From Lama guanicoe (Eukaryota): a stretch of 64,000 bases of DNA. Positions 37,905 through 50,795 of the stretch are shown here, piece after piece. The stretch's first letter is position 1. Each line of letters starts with the position of its first letter. The stretch spans positions 12,723,175 to 12,787,174 of the forward strand of contig MU056000.1 of assembly GCA_013239625.1 (NCBI GenBank), read 5' to 3'. The position numbers were made by a program, and so were the translations under genes. Under the pieces are notes generated by a model, which saw only the letters and a program-made list of their open reading frames with translations, was not told where the DNA came from and made no database searches.

Positions 37905-38230
37905 ATCATGACAGACATTATTATTGCTCACCAATATTTCTAATTCTCCTTTCCTTCCTGAGGATTACACTTCCCTGAACCTTAAAAGGAGGCATGACCA
38001 AGAGCGTTCTTTTGGCAAGAAAAGCAGAGCAATGAGCAGTGATGTGTATCACTTTTAGGAAACGTTTTTTTAAGAGTAGTGTGGTATCCACCCTGTTACA
38101 AGAGACTGAAAGTTTCTTGAGAGGTTGGGATCATTAGTTGGTAGAGTTTATAGCATTCTGGATCCTCAAATATTACAATGGGCAGAACGCCAACATGACT
38201 AGTGTTGGACAAGTAGTCTGCATGGGATTC
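37905..38230 (+). mobile_element. MLT1H-like LTR fragment
   Basis: gctcaccaatatttc...aggattacacttccctg...gtgatgtgtatcactttt. Confidence 0.5.
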
Positions 38231-38297
38231 ACAGTAGGTGCTCATTGAGTATTTTAGGGCAAAGCCATGTGCATGTATGAATATCCCTTAAGGTAAC

Positions 38298-38682
38298 TGT
38301 CTCAGCTTGGGGTTGGCTATAACAAAAATACAATAGATGCTTGGCTTATAAACAACAGAAATTTATTTTCCACAGTTCTGGGGGATGGAAGTCCAAGCCT
38401 AGAGTCCTAGTATGTTCAGGTTCTAGGGGAGGGCCCTCTTCAGGGCTGCAGACAGATGACTTCTCGGATCTCCACATGGCAGAGAGCAAAGTAGCAAAAA
38501 CAAGCTCTCCTGTGACTCTTATAAGGGTACTAGTCCCATTCACAAGGGCTCCGCCCTCATGGCCTTGTCTAATTCTAATCAACTCTCAAAGGCCCTACCT
38601 CCCAATACTATCCCATCGGGGGTGGGGTGTGGGGGGGTTCAACATATGAATTTTGGAGAAGCACAAACATTCAACCTTTAAG
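38298..38682 (-). mobile_element. MLT1A-type solo LTR
   Basis: ggcttataaacaacagaaatttattttccacagttctgg...ttcaacatatgaattttggagaagcacaaacattca. Confidence 0.9.
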
Positions 38683-41575
38683 GGAAATGATGCATTTGTT
38701 TTTAGTGGAAAGGGTAGCAAAATCTTGGTCCTGATACTGGCAGAAGTTGTTTTTATCTTGTAGGGCTACCATTCTAACATTTATCTCAGGGTCTTTATGC
38801 TTTCTCCATGAAAATTAAAGTTTGAGAAAATACTAACTGTTTTTACCAAAGAATACAAGTACTCAAGGTTAATGATTATATTGCTTATGTAGATTATCCC
38901 TAAATGAGACAGATGTGAATTTATCCGATTTTGTTTCAGTGTTCTTAGATAGAATATTTATCCCCTAGAAACTATTTTTGAGAATAAAATGGATCGTTTT
39001 CTTCTTTAATATGTCTGGTGCTACTAAGAATTTTACATGATGTATTGATTAAAGCTATGCCTGAAATATATATTTTAATATATACTGTGAATGCATAAGG
39101 ATGCATTTCATATAAAAGAAATCTCCTATTCTGAAAGCTGGACAAGAACGCAAACACTGTGTACTTTGTTCTTTCTTTGTACAGGGACATAGAAGTCAAT
39201 GTCAGAGAAGGTAGAAAATAGTTCCTACCTTTCAGAAACATGCTGTTTGGGACCATGGAAATGTTTAATTAGTCAAAATTTTTGCCTATTAAAATGGAAG
39301 GCTTTAACAATCATGCTGGGAGAAACATTTCAGCAGTTTAAAGTGATACCATCAACTTCAGAGTTTAGATAGCAGTGATCAGAAACACTTTAATTGTCAC
39401 TTTGAAGTCTACTACCTCCAGTAGTAGAGAGAAGGGAAGGGCTTCATTAGTGACTTATTGATCAAAGGAATATCTTTCATCAGATGGATAGATGATTTTT
39501 ATATGTCTATCTAGTTAAAAGTAAAAAAAGAGCAAAACTATCATTTTTCCTTTTAATTTTGTACCGTTTTAGCAAATGAGGGTGTGTGATGCATTTGTAC
39601 TGGTTCTAAAAATACCAGCTGTTTCTTACCTTGTCACTAATTTCAGATGTGACTGGTGTCTGGGTCTCCCTGGGGCCACCTTAGTCAGAAGTGTGATTCA
39701 AAGGAAAGTTCCTGGCTAGAAGTATCAGAATTGGTGTCTCAAATAATGCCTGGCTTTTGGTAAATATTTGGTAAAGTGATACTAAGTGTTTACTTTTAAA
39801 CCTTGTCCTATGGGAAAGCAGTGGTCTGTTGAGTGCAAATTTATTTGCAAGATTACAGGCTATAGAAAGAAAAAACTGTTTTTACAAGTACATAGGGTGT
39901 CAGGGGAAGCAGATTACTGTACTTAAGGATGAATGCAGGGGAAGAGAGGCCACTGTGGCATTTGAAGGCATTTGTTGTTATACTGCATAAATTAGCTTAA
40001 ATCTGCAATTAGCAGGTGAGTAGGTGATCCGTTTTTTTCCCCTCTTAATTTGATTGTTAGGTTTATTATTGAGTGTAGCTAAATAAGCATTATTTCCAAA
40101 TGTGTATTGAAAGAAAGTAAAACTATTCTTTCCCTTTATTCACTGATGTCAAGAAAAAACTATTTTGAGAATCCTAAGGACTGGACTGTTCAAACGAACA
40201 TGTTGATAAACTAATCAACACTTCTTTTCTCTTCTACATCTGCATTGAAAATCAACTATTCACATCAATTTATCATATGTACTGAAGTAAAACATGAATA
40301 AAAAGGCCAGTTCTACGTTGTTTACCATTGTTTAAATAGGACCCTACTTGGTACTTGTGTATCATCCTTTCATTTAAGTACCACCTTGGACTTGTAGCAC
40401 CTTTGATAAAGCATTGTCAAGAGTCTGGCATTAGGTAAACTTGATGTGTAAGCATTTCTGCAGTTAATCTGCATGCACAGGAGAAAACAAAGCATAGAGG
40501 TTTCTTAAAATATTTATCTGAAATAAAAGACATTCATAAGAAAGGAATTTTATGCATTTATAAATAGGGCTCACAGGACAGACATCTTATCCTACAGATA
40601 AAATCAGTACAATAATCTTATCTGACATCCTGTATTACTTTTTCTTGGGTAAGGCATTAAAAACTTTTAGGGACCTAAGATTCTGTCTCTGTAGCTTACT
40701 AGAATAAGGAATGGAGCAATTAATCATGGATGTAATGTGGTGTAGAAGATTCAGTACTGTGTGTGGAGCCAGGAGGCCTGTGTTCCAGGGCTGGGTCTGT
40801 CACATACAGCCATACAACTTTGTTTATGCCAATTCACTTCAGGAGAACAGGATGCTAGCTCTCCCTTGGATGAACCATTGAATTTGTCTTCTTTTGAGTA
40901 CTGTATACGAAGAGATCTCAAATGTGGCATGTGGATCACAGGGAATCCTAAAACTCTTTCAGAAGAACTACAAGGTCAAAAACTACTTTCATAATAATAT
41001 TAAAATTGAATGTTTTTTTCACTGAAGTACAGTGTAAAAAGAAATTGAGTGTAAAACTTGAAGACACCGTAGTATGAATCAAGGCAGTGGTACTAAACTC
41101 TATAAGCAGTCATTGATCTTTTTACCACCATATATCAACAGTGAAAACAAATAATTGCTAGTTTCACTCAAAAATATTTTTTGATGAAGCAGGAAAAATG
41201 ATCGATTTCATTAAGTCTCTAACCTTACGCACACATCTTTTGAATATGCTGGTGATAATGTGGGACAGTTTCTGAGGAAAAACATTTATCCAATTGCTTG
41301 AGTTGTAAGCTGAGCTAGTTGGTTTTTCCTGGGACATTAATTCCACCTTAAAGAACAGCCAACAGACATATTATGATTTTGGATATTAGTTAGGCAGACA
41401 TTTTTCTCAAAAATGAATTAAGTCAGCTTGTCACTTCAAGAAAAACAAGAGAAAGTATTTGTAGCTAAGATAAAATTGGGGATTTCAAATGAAGATAAGA
41501 ATTTTGGGAAATGTGTCTTTTGCCGTTGTTTGATGACTTACAATTTGTAAAGACTTTTATGATAAGATTGATGGT

Positions 41576-42349
41576 TATTACGGGTGAATGTTTGTGTCTC
41601 CCAAAATTCATATTTTAAAGCCGTAATCCCCAATGTGATATTTTGTAGTGAGACATTTGAAGGTCGTTAAAAAAATCAAAACAACCAGCCCAAAATGGAG
41701 TTGCTTACGATATGCCACTCGTCACAAAACCAAAACTTAATTACAGTTTCAGTAATTAAACTAGTCCATCAGGAATGACCTCATCAGCAGTAGTTAGATA
41801 CTCTGCCCGGTAGCCCCTGCCATCCCCAAGGAAGGTAACCTCGCAGTGGCCCACCTGCCTTTCCATCTGGTGTAACTTCCTTGATCCCACTCCCTCTGCT
41901 TATAAAAGCCTTTCATTTTATACAGCTCATCAGAGCTCTTTTCTGCCTGCTAGGTTGGAGACTGCCTGATTCAAATCGATTTTTGCTTAAATAAAATTTT
42001 GCTCTTAAAATTTTAATTTTGTCTCAGCTTATCTTTTAAGAGAGGGAATTAGGTTTAGACAAAATCGTGAGGGTGAGGCCTCCATTTTGCGATTGGTCCC
42101 TTGTACAAAGAGGGAGACTGGACCGAGTCCACTCACTCTCCCGTCTCTCTGTCTGTCTGTCTCTGGCTGCCTGATTCATTCATGTGAGGACACAGCTGGA
42201 AGGGGGCTGTTTGCAAGGCAGCAAGAGAGCTCTCATCAGGAGCCAGCTTGATCTTGGGCTTCTTGGATGCCAGAACTGCGAGTAATAAATGTCTGCTGTT
42301 GAAGCCACCCAATGTGTGGCATTTTGTTAGAGCAGCCTGCGCTAAGATA
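41576..42349 (+). mobile_element. MLT1A LTR inserted in Charlie1, itself split by an ERV LTR
   Basis: tattacgggtgaatgtttgtgtctcccaaaattcatat...taataaatgtctgctgttgaagccaccc...gctaagata; TSD atggt/gtggt. Confidence 0.85.
41665..42041 (+). mobile_element. ERV1-type solo LTR (MER34-like) inside MLT1A
   Basis: cgttaaaa...cccaaaatggagt...cttataaaagcc (TATA)...aaataaa...cttttaaga; short terminal inverted repeats; interrupts the MLT1A tttgggaggtgattagg motif. Confidence 0.7.
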
Positions 42350-44329
42350 GTGGTGATGTTAATGAATGTCAGTTTTTGATAATGTGTAATAAAATAATCT
42401 AAAAATTGGAAGAGCCTTATCAATGATCTCAAACAGCTATTGAAATACTCCACTCTGTCCCAAGTAGACATCTGTGTGGCGCCAAATTTTCTTCACAGAC
42501 ATATATGCTTCATATAAATTCTTTGTATACTTTAACCAAAGCAACTTATCATACTAGAGTGAATTCACAAACACAGACAAGAATCCAGCTGTCCTCTATT
42601 AAGCCAGATGTTAAAGAGATAGGCAGAATTGTAAAACACTGTCACTCCTCACTTTTTAATTTTTCTTTGAAAATATAATTATTTTGCATGAAAAATGTCA
42701 TTTGTATTAACATATCATGGGTTTATCACGTACTTAAAAATTTAATAAAACATTTAAAACATTTCTCAGTTGCAATTTTTAATCTGGTAAGTAATGATAA
42801 AATCCACACAAACGAAAGTTCTTTGACATCTTTACTAAATTTTTAAGAATGTGAAGGGGTCCCAGGGCTTACAAGTTTGAGAACTGCTGATCTAGCCTGT
42901 CCTTGGCTTCACCTTCTCTTTTTCTGTCCCTCCTTCAGAGTCACTGGGACAACACTGCACAGTGACCATGGCTGCCAGATCACCCTGAGTCCAAGTCCCA
43001 AATTCACCTCTTCTATTCCTTGAAGTACGAGGTCTGAGGTTCAGCCCTGGCGCTGATCTCCTGGAGTCTTTACCAAAACCCCCGTTGTCTATATATGATG
43101 GGGGGCACTTCCCTTGTCCGCATCCTCAGGGGCTTCCAGCTTGTCTGCTGCCCTGCAGCTGGGCTGTGGATACCCTGCATCTCAGGGGGACCTTTCTGCC
43201 TGATGTGTTCTCCAAAAGTCTCAGTCACGTGCAGCTGAGCGTGGAGCCATTCTGGTTCTCTATACTCTTTTCTTTCTGAGTGCTGGCTTCCAAACAAAAC
43301 CCAAACCGACCAAATATAACACAACAAACCACCGTGCCAAACACCCCTGGCTCCTCCTACCGGCTGTTCAGACAAGGGAGCCCTGTCCCAACGGCAGCTG
43401 AAGTTCAAGCTGGATGCTTTGCTATCGTGACCTTTTCTTTTATTGAATGAATGTTAAGGTGCAAACAGCCAACATACTTTGCTTTTCCTGCCTCTAATCT
43501 TTTAAACTCAGACTGTGGGATAGTTCCCTCCATGTCCCTGGATGAACTCGGAGGTCTACCTCAGGTTTTAATTCGATTATGCTTAGCTGATAATGAGCCC
43601 AAATCAAGCCCCAAAGAACAGTCTCACTTCAGTCACTAAAATGTCCAGACTGGAGTAATCACCAGATTCAAAGATTGAAAATTAATGCCTCTTTGTTTGG
43701 CTCCAGCATGAAAGGGCTGTTCATTCCCCATTCAGCTCTCAGTTTCTCTGTCTCCGTCTCTGTCTGTCTGTCTCTCTTTGCTATTGGCTTAGACCACCAG
43801 CATCAGACTCCCTTTTGACCCCCTATTTTGCACATGTAAACCAGGTATCAATCAAGGCTGAACTTTTGTCAGTGGCAGAATCTTACTGGTTAAACTATAT
43901 AGAAATACATCTCCAAATTTGGTAGGTAGGTTACCCTGAGTTCCCCAATCGAATTGGCATCTCCTCTGTTCCCCTTCCTCCATGATTTTCCTTACATTTC
44001 CACCATCCAGCAATGGAAAGGTATAATCTAGAACCACAGGGCTTCAAGGTACCCCTCCAGCTTCTGTGTTCTAGGCCTGGGGGCTCAGCCAGATCAGTAA
44101 ATACCTCATTTTTAACAATCAGTCCCATTCTATTTGGTATGAGCACAAATCCATCAAGAATATTTGTGTCATTAATAACTGCTTTCTGATTGGAAGCTTG
44201 TATTAGCTTCTATTCTAGAGGACTAGGACAAAAGTATAGGGGCCAGGGGAAATTATCACAACACTGAAGAATGACTTGGTAATACTTTAGAAATAATTTT
44301 CTTATCTATGTGAATGTCTGTTTCCATGA

Positions 44330-44349
44330 CTAATTATATATATAATTAC

Positions 44350-44382
<33 letters not shown>

Positions 44383-44420
44383 GTATATGTAGTATATTAA
44401 TTACATATATGAGTGTGTGT
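44330..44420. repeat. (TA)n(CA)n compound microsatellite
   Basis: tatatatatatatatatatacacacacacaca. Confidence 0.9.
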
Positions 44421-45244
44421 GAGCACATAGAAAGTTTGACACTATTGGGAACATTAAAATACATAGAGAAGTGACAGTTTATCACTGAGAACACAAAACA
44501 TCAAAGAGAAGAAACTGTGAGTGGTGGCAGAAAATAAAAAGATAATTTACTGGAGAATCACCGAAAGGAAAAAGTAGTGGAAATAAAGCAAACCATGGAC
44601 TCTAGGTTTTCAAATATACAACAAAAAAATGTAGAAAAAGTGTTCTATTTAATAAGTTTAAAATGGCATTATTTTGAACCATGAACATTCTCTTAGTTTC
44701 ACATTGTCTTCCTTCTGTGTCCACTTCTTTCCATCTCTACTTCCATCATCTTCTCACTGGAGCTGCTTGGTATCATGCAGTAATTTATATCCACTTATTT
44801 AAAATAAAACCCTTATCACACCAAGCAGGAGAAGAAAAATGAGTCTTGTGCTCAAGAGAGAGTGCCAAATGCCTGATCAGCATAAAGAGAAGAGCAAGAG
44901 GGAAGGAGAGAATTGTTGCCTTAAGGCATTCTGAGACATTAATAGGTCAGAGATGAAGACAGGGAGATAATTCAGAACTGAGGACCTAATATGGTGTCTA
45001 ACGTTTCTCAGATGAGCACAAGAGGCATGTGATGTGTTTTGAAAACACAGATGAGCATGTACTGAGGATTCTTGCAAGTCTGTGGTGCTGCCTTCCATGA
45101 TCTAGGGCCGCTGCCTAGTGACAGAAGGATGCTATGTTGCTAATGTAGTGGGTGCTGCCTGCTTAATGTCCCACAGATTTTCACTCTTCAGTGAAATGAA
45201 GAACTACCTTTTGACTCAGTGAGTCGTACATTTTGGTTATTTTA

Positions 45245-45388
45245 TTGTTAAAATTTTTTTGGGGGGGGAAGGGGACGTAATTAGGTTTATTTACTTATAT
45301 ATAATTTTTTAATGGAGGTATTGGGGATTGAACCTAAGACCTTGTGCATGCTAAACACACACTCTACCACTGAGTTACACCCTCCCCC
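45245..45388 (-). mobile_element. Camelid tRNA-derived SINE (Vic-1 type) with TSD
   Basis: Minus strand reads GGGGGAGGGTGTAACTCAGTGGTAGAGTGTGTGTTTAGCATGCACAAGGTCTTAGGTTCAATCCCCAATACCTCCATTAAAAA...AAACCTAATTAC; A and B boxes; exact 13-bp TSD tttggttatttta (45232-45244, 45392-45404). Confidence 0.9.
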
Positions 45389-47049
45389 AGGTTTGGTTAT
45401 TTTAGATATTAGTGCTTTTGTATGCCTCAGATCAATCTAACTCTGGAAACCTTTTGAACGTGAAACTGCTAGATTAGGAGTTAAGAAATGGTGGCAGTTT
45501 TTTTTTTTTTTTTTACAATTGTATCAGGGATTTATTGTAAGATAGCTATTACAAAAGGACTTGTTCAATTTTTTTTCCTCCATATTTTTGTGTGTAGGCA
45601 ATCCTAGTGAAGAAGGGATGGAGATGGAGAAATAGTTAAAAAAAACTCATTATCTCGTGCTATTTTATTAGAAGATTACACATGAACTTAAAAAGTTCAT
45701 TGTATTTTTCAATGCCAGAATTACAAATTACCTCAATTATGCACCTACGTTGCAGTTGATGATTTTGGCTTTTTCTAGTTCAGCGTTCTGAAGACATTGG
45801 TGAAGATTGAGAATTAACGATTGTGTCCAAGTAAAGCTATCTCAAAACAGAAACCAAGTCTCACGAGAAAATTACTGAATTTTATAAGGGAGATATGTCT
45901 TTTAGAACCAAACAAACAAACAAACAAAAAAAAAACACCTAATCACGCATCCATTTATAAGCTTTCTAATTTGGCCACCTGGCTATCAGAACACCTTGAA
46001 GCAAATAATTCTACAGACATTTCAGAGATCAAAAGGGGGCAGGATGTTTCCTTGTAGCAAGGACAGAGAACAGGACTGAGGGAAGAATGCTTTTCCCCCA
46101 GTGAAGTGGTTATAGCAATGATACAGCATTTGTTAACGAAGCATCTCCTTAATGAATATTTGATTATTTCAGTAACTAACTATTCAGTCACCATTCATTC
46201 CCATGCTCCTTGAAAGAGTACTTCAAGATTCATAATAAATGACATTTTAAACATCACATTTCTGCACTTAAGGATTGGATTATAAGACATCCTTTTGGAT
46301 CCTTTTCATTTGCTTATTACATTTATGACTTTTATAATAGTCCCTACACATACGAGAAGTGAATATGGGTGGAGTGTGAGGGATTCAGAAAGCAGAAGTG
46401 TTACACATTCCCACAAAAGACAATGGTCTAAATATGGGTGAAGGTGTGGGGGGAAATGGTCTTAAAAATATCCACTGAAGTCTCTTGTCAGTCAAAGACA
46501 CTGAGATCGCTGCTGGGCTTACTACCAAGGAAGGACATCACGGCAAAACCAGTGATTCTGGAGTTCCCCTCCCCAGTCATTATGATGCTCCCCCAGCTCC
46601 CACCCTCAGGCTTTCCTCAGCCCTGCTGCTTACCTGACCTTCCTCATTACATACGCTGTGTCTCTTTACTCTCATACTTCTTTTCCTTCTCAGGACTGAT
46701 TTTTTTTTTTAAATAAACTCTCTACTATTGCTTTCCACTCTGCATTTTATTACCCAAATTCAGATATGAAATACATTTCCTTCAGCCTGACTGCTACTTC
46801 CTCATATAATTCTTTCATCTTTACGACTTAACTGAGAATTTGTCTCCACTAAAATCCTTCCCCTCCACCACTGCGGTCCCCAACAGAATCCAATCTAAGA
46901 AACGCTGCCTTACAGTAATTGTGGACCTCATTCTCTCCCAATTTTCTTCTGGTTTACAAGAAACATTTTGTTTTGAAAAAAAATATATATATATAACCAT
47001 CATTCTATCATTCAGTGTCCATCATTGGTTCAAAAGTGGGTTCAAAGTC

Positions 47050-47445
47050 CAAACATAGACCTACTTTATAACCCAGCATTTGTGCCTCTAGGTATTTATC
47101 CAGTTGACTTGAAAACTTATGCACACACAAAAAAAGCCTGCACACCTGCACATGAATGGTCATAGGAGTTCCATTCATAATCAGCAAAAGCTGCAAGCAA
47201 TTCTTATGTCTTTCTAAAGGTGAATGGAGAAACTAACTGTGGTCCATCCATACAACGGAATACCATTCACCAACAAAAAGAAATGCACCACCAAGCCCTG
47301 GGAAGACATGCATGAATCTTAAGTGAATACTGCTGAGTGAAAGAAGCCAATATCAGAACGCTATGTATTTTGTAATTTCATGTATGTGAGATTCTGGAGG
47401 AGGAAACACTATAGAAACAGAAACCAAAATCAGTGGTTGCCAGAG
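47050..47445 (+). mobile_element. L1MC/L1MD ORF2 end and 3' UTR fragment
   Basis: ggtgaatggagaaactaactgtggtccatccatacaacggaatacc...ctgagtgaaagaagccaa...atcagtggttgccag. Confidence 0.8.
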
Positions 47446-47449
47446 AAGT

Positions 47450-47630
47450 ACCTCTTCTCTCAGATAAGTCTTGAAATGACTGCAGCCTTGTGAGGGACCA
47501 CAAACTTGAGGACCCTGTGAAACTGTACCAGCTTGCCTGACCCACAGAAATGCTAAGATAATATATCTTTGTTTTGTAAGCCTCAAAATTTGGGGATAAT
47601 ATGTTACACAGCATTACATAACTAATCTAG
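47450..47630 (+). mobile_element. MLT1 LTR 3' fragment
   Basis: gcctgacccacagaaatgctaagataata...ttggggataatatgttacacagca. Confidence 0.7.
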
Positions 47631-49736
47631 TCATATATATTTTATATAACATTATAACCAAGTCACTGGATGAGATTTTGTTTTTAAATAAGAAAGATGA
47701 TGTTGAAATGTTGTGAAAATATCTTTGTCCTGGATCTAAACATGCTAACAGTTATCTCTTTAAATAGGGCAGTTTTGAAATCACACACAATGCTATGCCT
47801 TCTACCTTTTCAGAATGAGATTTTTTAGTATGAACTATATTTCAAAGAAATTTATTTAAAACAAGAGTCATTCTATTGCATTTGCTCTTGATTTTCCCCT
47901 AAATTAGCATTGATTCTCCAACTATCAGTGGAAAAAAAAGGTGTGCTTTTAAAATAAAATAGGCCAAAATAAATGTTTGGTGCCACGTTCTGCTTCCTCC
48001 CAGATGTGTCTACATTTTAACAGTGCAAGAGGAACAGACTTCTTTCTTATGTTTTAGGCTAATGAGATGGAAAAGAGAAAAAAGATGATTCTAGATAAAG
48101 AAGTAAAAGCCTGTTATTCAGACTCAGAGACGGAAATAAAAAACAAATAATATCTAAGATAGTATAAAATGTCAAATTGTAATTTGTCTGGTTCCTCATT
48201 CATATCATGTTCAAAACTGCTCTTTCCACTGGGCACCTTTCTATACCAATGTGGCCCATTTCCTATACAGACATTTTCTTTGCTAATGTTCCCCATATGC
48301 ACAGATTAATCTTCACATCTTCTTGTACTCATTTTGCCTCTTTGGCATGTGTTCTGTTTGCCAGCCATATGTAACCATCCTTGCAACATTTCCAGACCCA
48401 ATTTAAAGTTTGAAAAACATCCTTCCCCACACTTTGCATTTCTATGCCTTTAGAACTTGGCATAAGTTTCTCCATCAAAATCTAACTAGTCTTCTTTTCC
48501 TTTTTTTTTCCTTTTTTTTTTTTTTAGCTAGTTAATTTCAAAGAAGGATTTCCTCCTACTTTTATCATTTTTGGCCTGACTCTGAGTTCAGAGAACACAA
48601 AAAATATAGCAATGCATCAGTGAAATCTCTTATAGTACAGTGAGGGCAATTCCAGGAGACAGGTGGTGTCTTTGAGGAACAACTGGATTGGATCAGAAAG
48701 TTTTCATTCAAGGTTTTCAGTTGACTTTTTATGTGTGAACCTCCCTTGGCTTGAGAAAGATACAGCAACAAGTGACCATTTACTACCATTGGAATGAAGG
48801 TTTGTCACATGTGAGCTCATAGAATGGCCCTTGGAAAGATTGCCCCAAAACTAAAATTTTGTTTCCTGATTTATCTGATGGCTCTCTATGGACAGAAGCA
48901 AACTATCCTATCACAACTTATATCACCCACCATGTCACAGACGAGGACAACTATTTATGTCATTACTCCAGGCTGGATTTTCTTTCTCCACCTCTAAGTC
49001 ATCTCCATTTTCTAAGATTCAGGTCAAGTACACTTTCTTCACGAATCCTTCACAAACACACCCACACTGATCTCAACTTTTCTTAACTCTTGGAGCATTA
49101 ATTGTCTTTCTCGTTTTAGCTCTTAATTATAGACTCATACGCATCCTGGAATACGCTTTCTTTTCTTCTTTGCCTGACAAACACCTACTTGTTATTAAGG
49201 ACTCATGGTAAGCAACACCTCGTCCTTGAAGTCACCCCTGAGCAATCCTACCCAGGATTCTCTGGCACCCAAGGAAGTAAGTGTCCCCTCGACACTGTTC
49301 CCATAGCATCATCTAACTGAGAATAGAGCCTACGTCCCTCTATCTGATGACATACCAACCTTCTCACCTCCCCATTGCATACTAAACTAGCCTTAGGTTT
49401 AGGCAATTAATCATGAACAAACCTCAATATATATTTGATGAATAAGTAAACACAAAAATAATGAACCTGTGAAAAATGAATTACTGCATTCTTACGTGTA
49501 TCAAAAAATCAACAATGCATATAAGTTAATTCATTATGTATACCAATCCATCGACTTATGTGCATGAGTTAATTAACCATTATTTTTATGAACCTAGGCT
49601 CATAAATTAATAATATGTATCAACTGCTATGTGCACATTTATTCCTTGCTGAATAGAAGGGAGAAAATACGTGCATAAGATACATGTATGAGCTCTCCTA
49701 TTTAACTAAAGGAGGAGATTTTGTTCTGTTCACTGG

Positions 49737-50062
49737 AAGAGGCTGAATGTCTGTGTCCTCTGAAAATTCATATGTTGAAACCTAATTCACAACTTGGAGG
49801 TGGAGTCTTCGGGAAGTGATTAGGTTATGGTGATGAAGCCTTCATGAATGGAATTAGTTCCCTATGAGAAAGACCCTGAAGACCTCCCTCACCTCTTCTT
49901 CCGTGTGAAGACACAGCAAGGATCAACCGTCTGTGACTCAGGAAGTGGGATCGCCTTAGACACTGCTCTGTTAGCACCTTGTTCTTGGACTTCTCAGTCT
50001 CCAGAACTGTGAGAAATGAATTTCTAGTGTTTATAAGCCACCTGGCTTAAACAGATTAAGGC
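49737..50062 (+). mobile_element. MLT1A-type solo LTR
   Basis: ggctgaatgtctgtgtcctctgaaaattcatatgttgaaacctaa...ttggacttctcagtctccagaactgtgagaaat. Confidence 0.88.
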
Positions 50063-50344
50063 ATTCAAATTTTGCATATTTTTAACAATGTTTTTTAAGA
50101 AATACATATTTTTACTCAAAGGAAGTTAGGGAAATAGAAAAGGAGGAAGAAACTACCAAGAGGAAAAATACCAATAAACCCAAGGTTTTAACCTTAGCAT
50201 CTGACACATTTTCTTTACATGTTTTCATGTAGTTATTATCGTGTTTTACCATTTGTACGCTGTCATTAAAGTGGCTACACAACATACAATGTAATAAGTG
50301 GTCACAATTTAACTTATTGACTCCACCAGCCAGTGGGCACACAC

Positions 50345-50795
50345 ATTAGGAAAACAAAAGTTATTAAGCTCTAGGCAGAAAGGAGAGTGCTCTTCAGAAG
50401 AACTGCTGGGGTTTCAAGGAGAATTTTGGAAAAGACCTGTTAAAGAATTTGAGCTTATGTTGGGTGATTCTAAGCAGGGTTTACAAGAAGAGGAGGCCAT
50501 TTCTGAATTAAGTGCTGTCAGAAATCAGGGGCAATTCAAGGACTAGCTAACTTGGTGATTATTCTCTAGAAGGTAGGGGATCAAAGCAATGCTGGTTGCC
50601 ATTGGTGAAATAAGTAGTAGTCACTCAAGTTAGTACAAAAAGGGGACTGTTTAGTTGTTTTTGTGATTCTGTGTGTCCTTGTATCTGTCTTGTTCCAGAC
50701 TGGATCATAGCCACGCCTCCCCGATGAGTGCTGTTGTGTTGTGTGTTGATCATCATAGTCTAGCTCTAACTGCCCACTCCCAGGATGAATTTTCA
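50345..50795. mobile_element. LTR79-like ancient ERVL LTR
   Basis: gtgctgtcagaaatcaggggcaattc...agtagtcactcaagttag...ggggactgtttagttgtttttgtg. Confidence 0.5.

Larger units (their letters stand above)
40909..42889 (+). mobile_element. Charlie1a-like hAT element hosting nested LTRs
   Basis: tctcaaatgtgg...ggtcaaaaactactttcataataat...gaatcaaggcagtggtactaaact; resumes after 42350 and ends aagtttgagaactgctg. Confidence 0.85.

Noticed and set aside
45310..45388. tRNA-like A/B boxes
   Set aside because: Head of a SINE with tail and TSD, not a tRNA gene.
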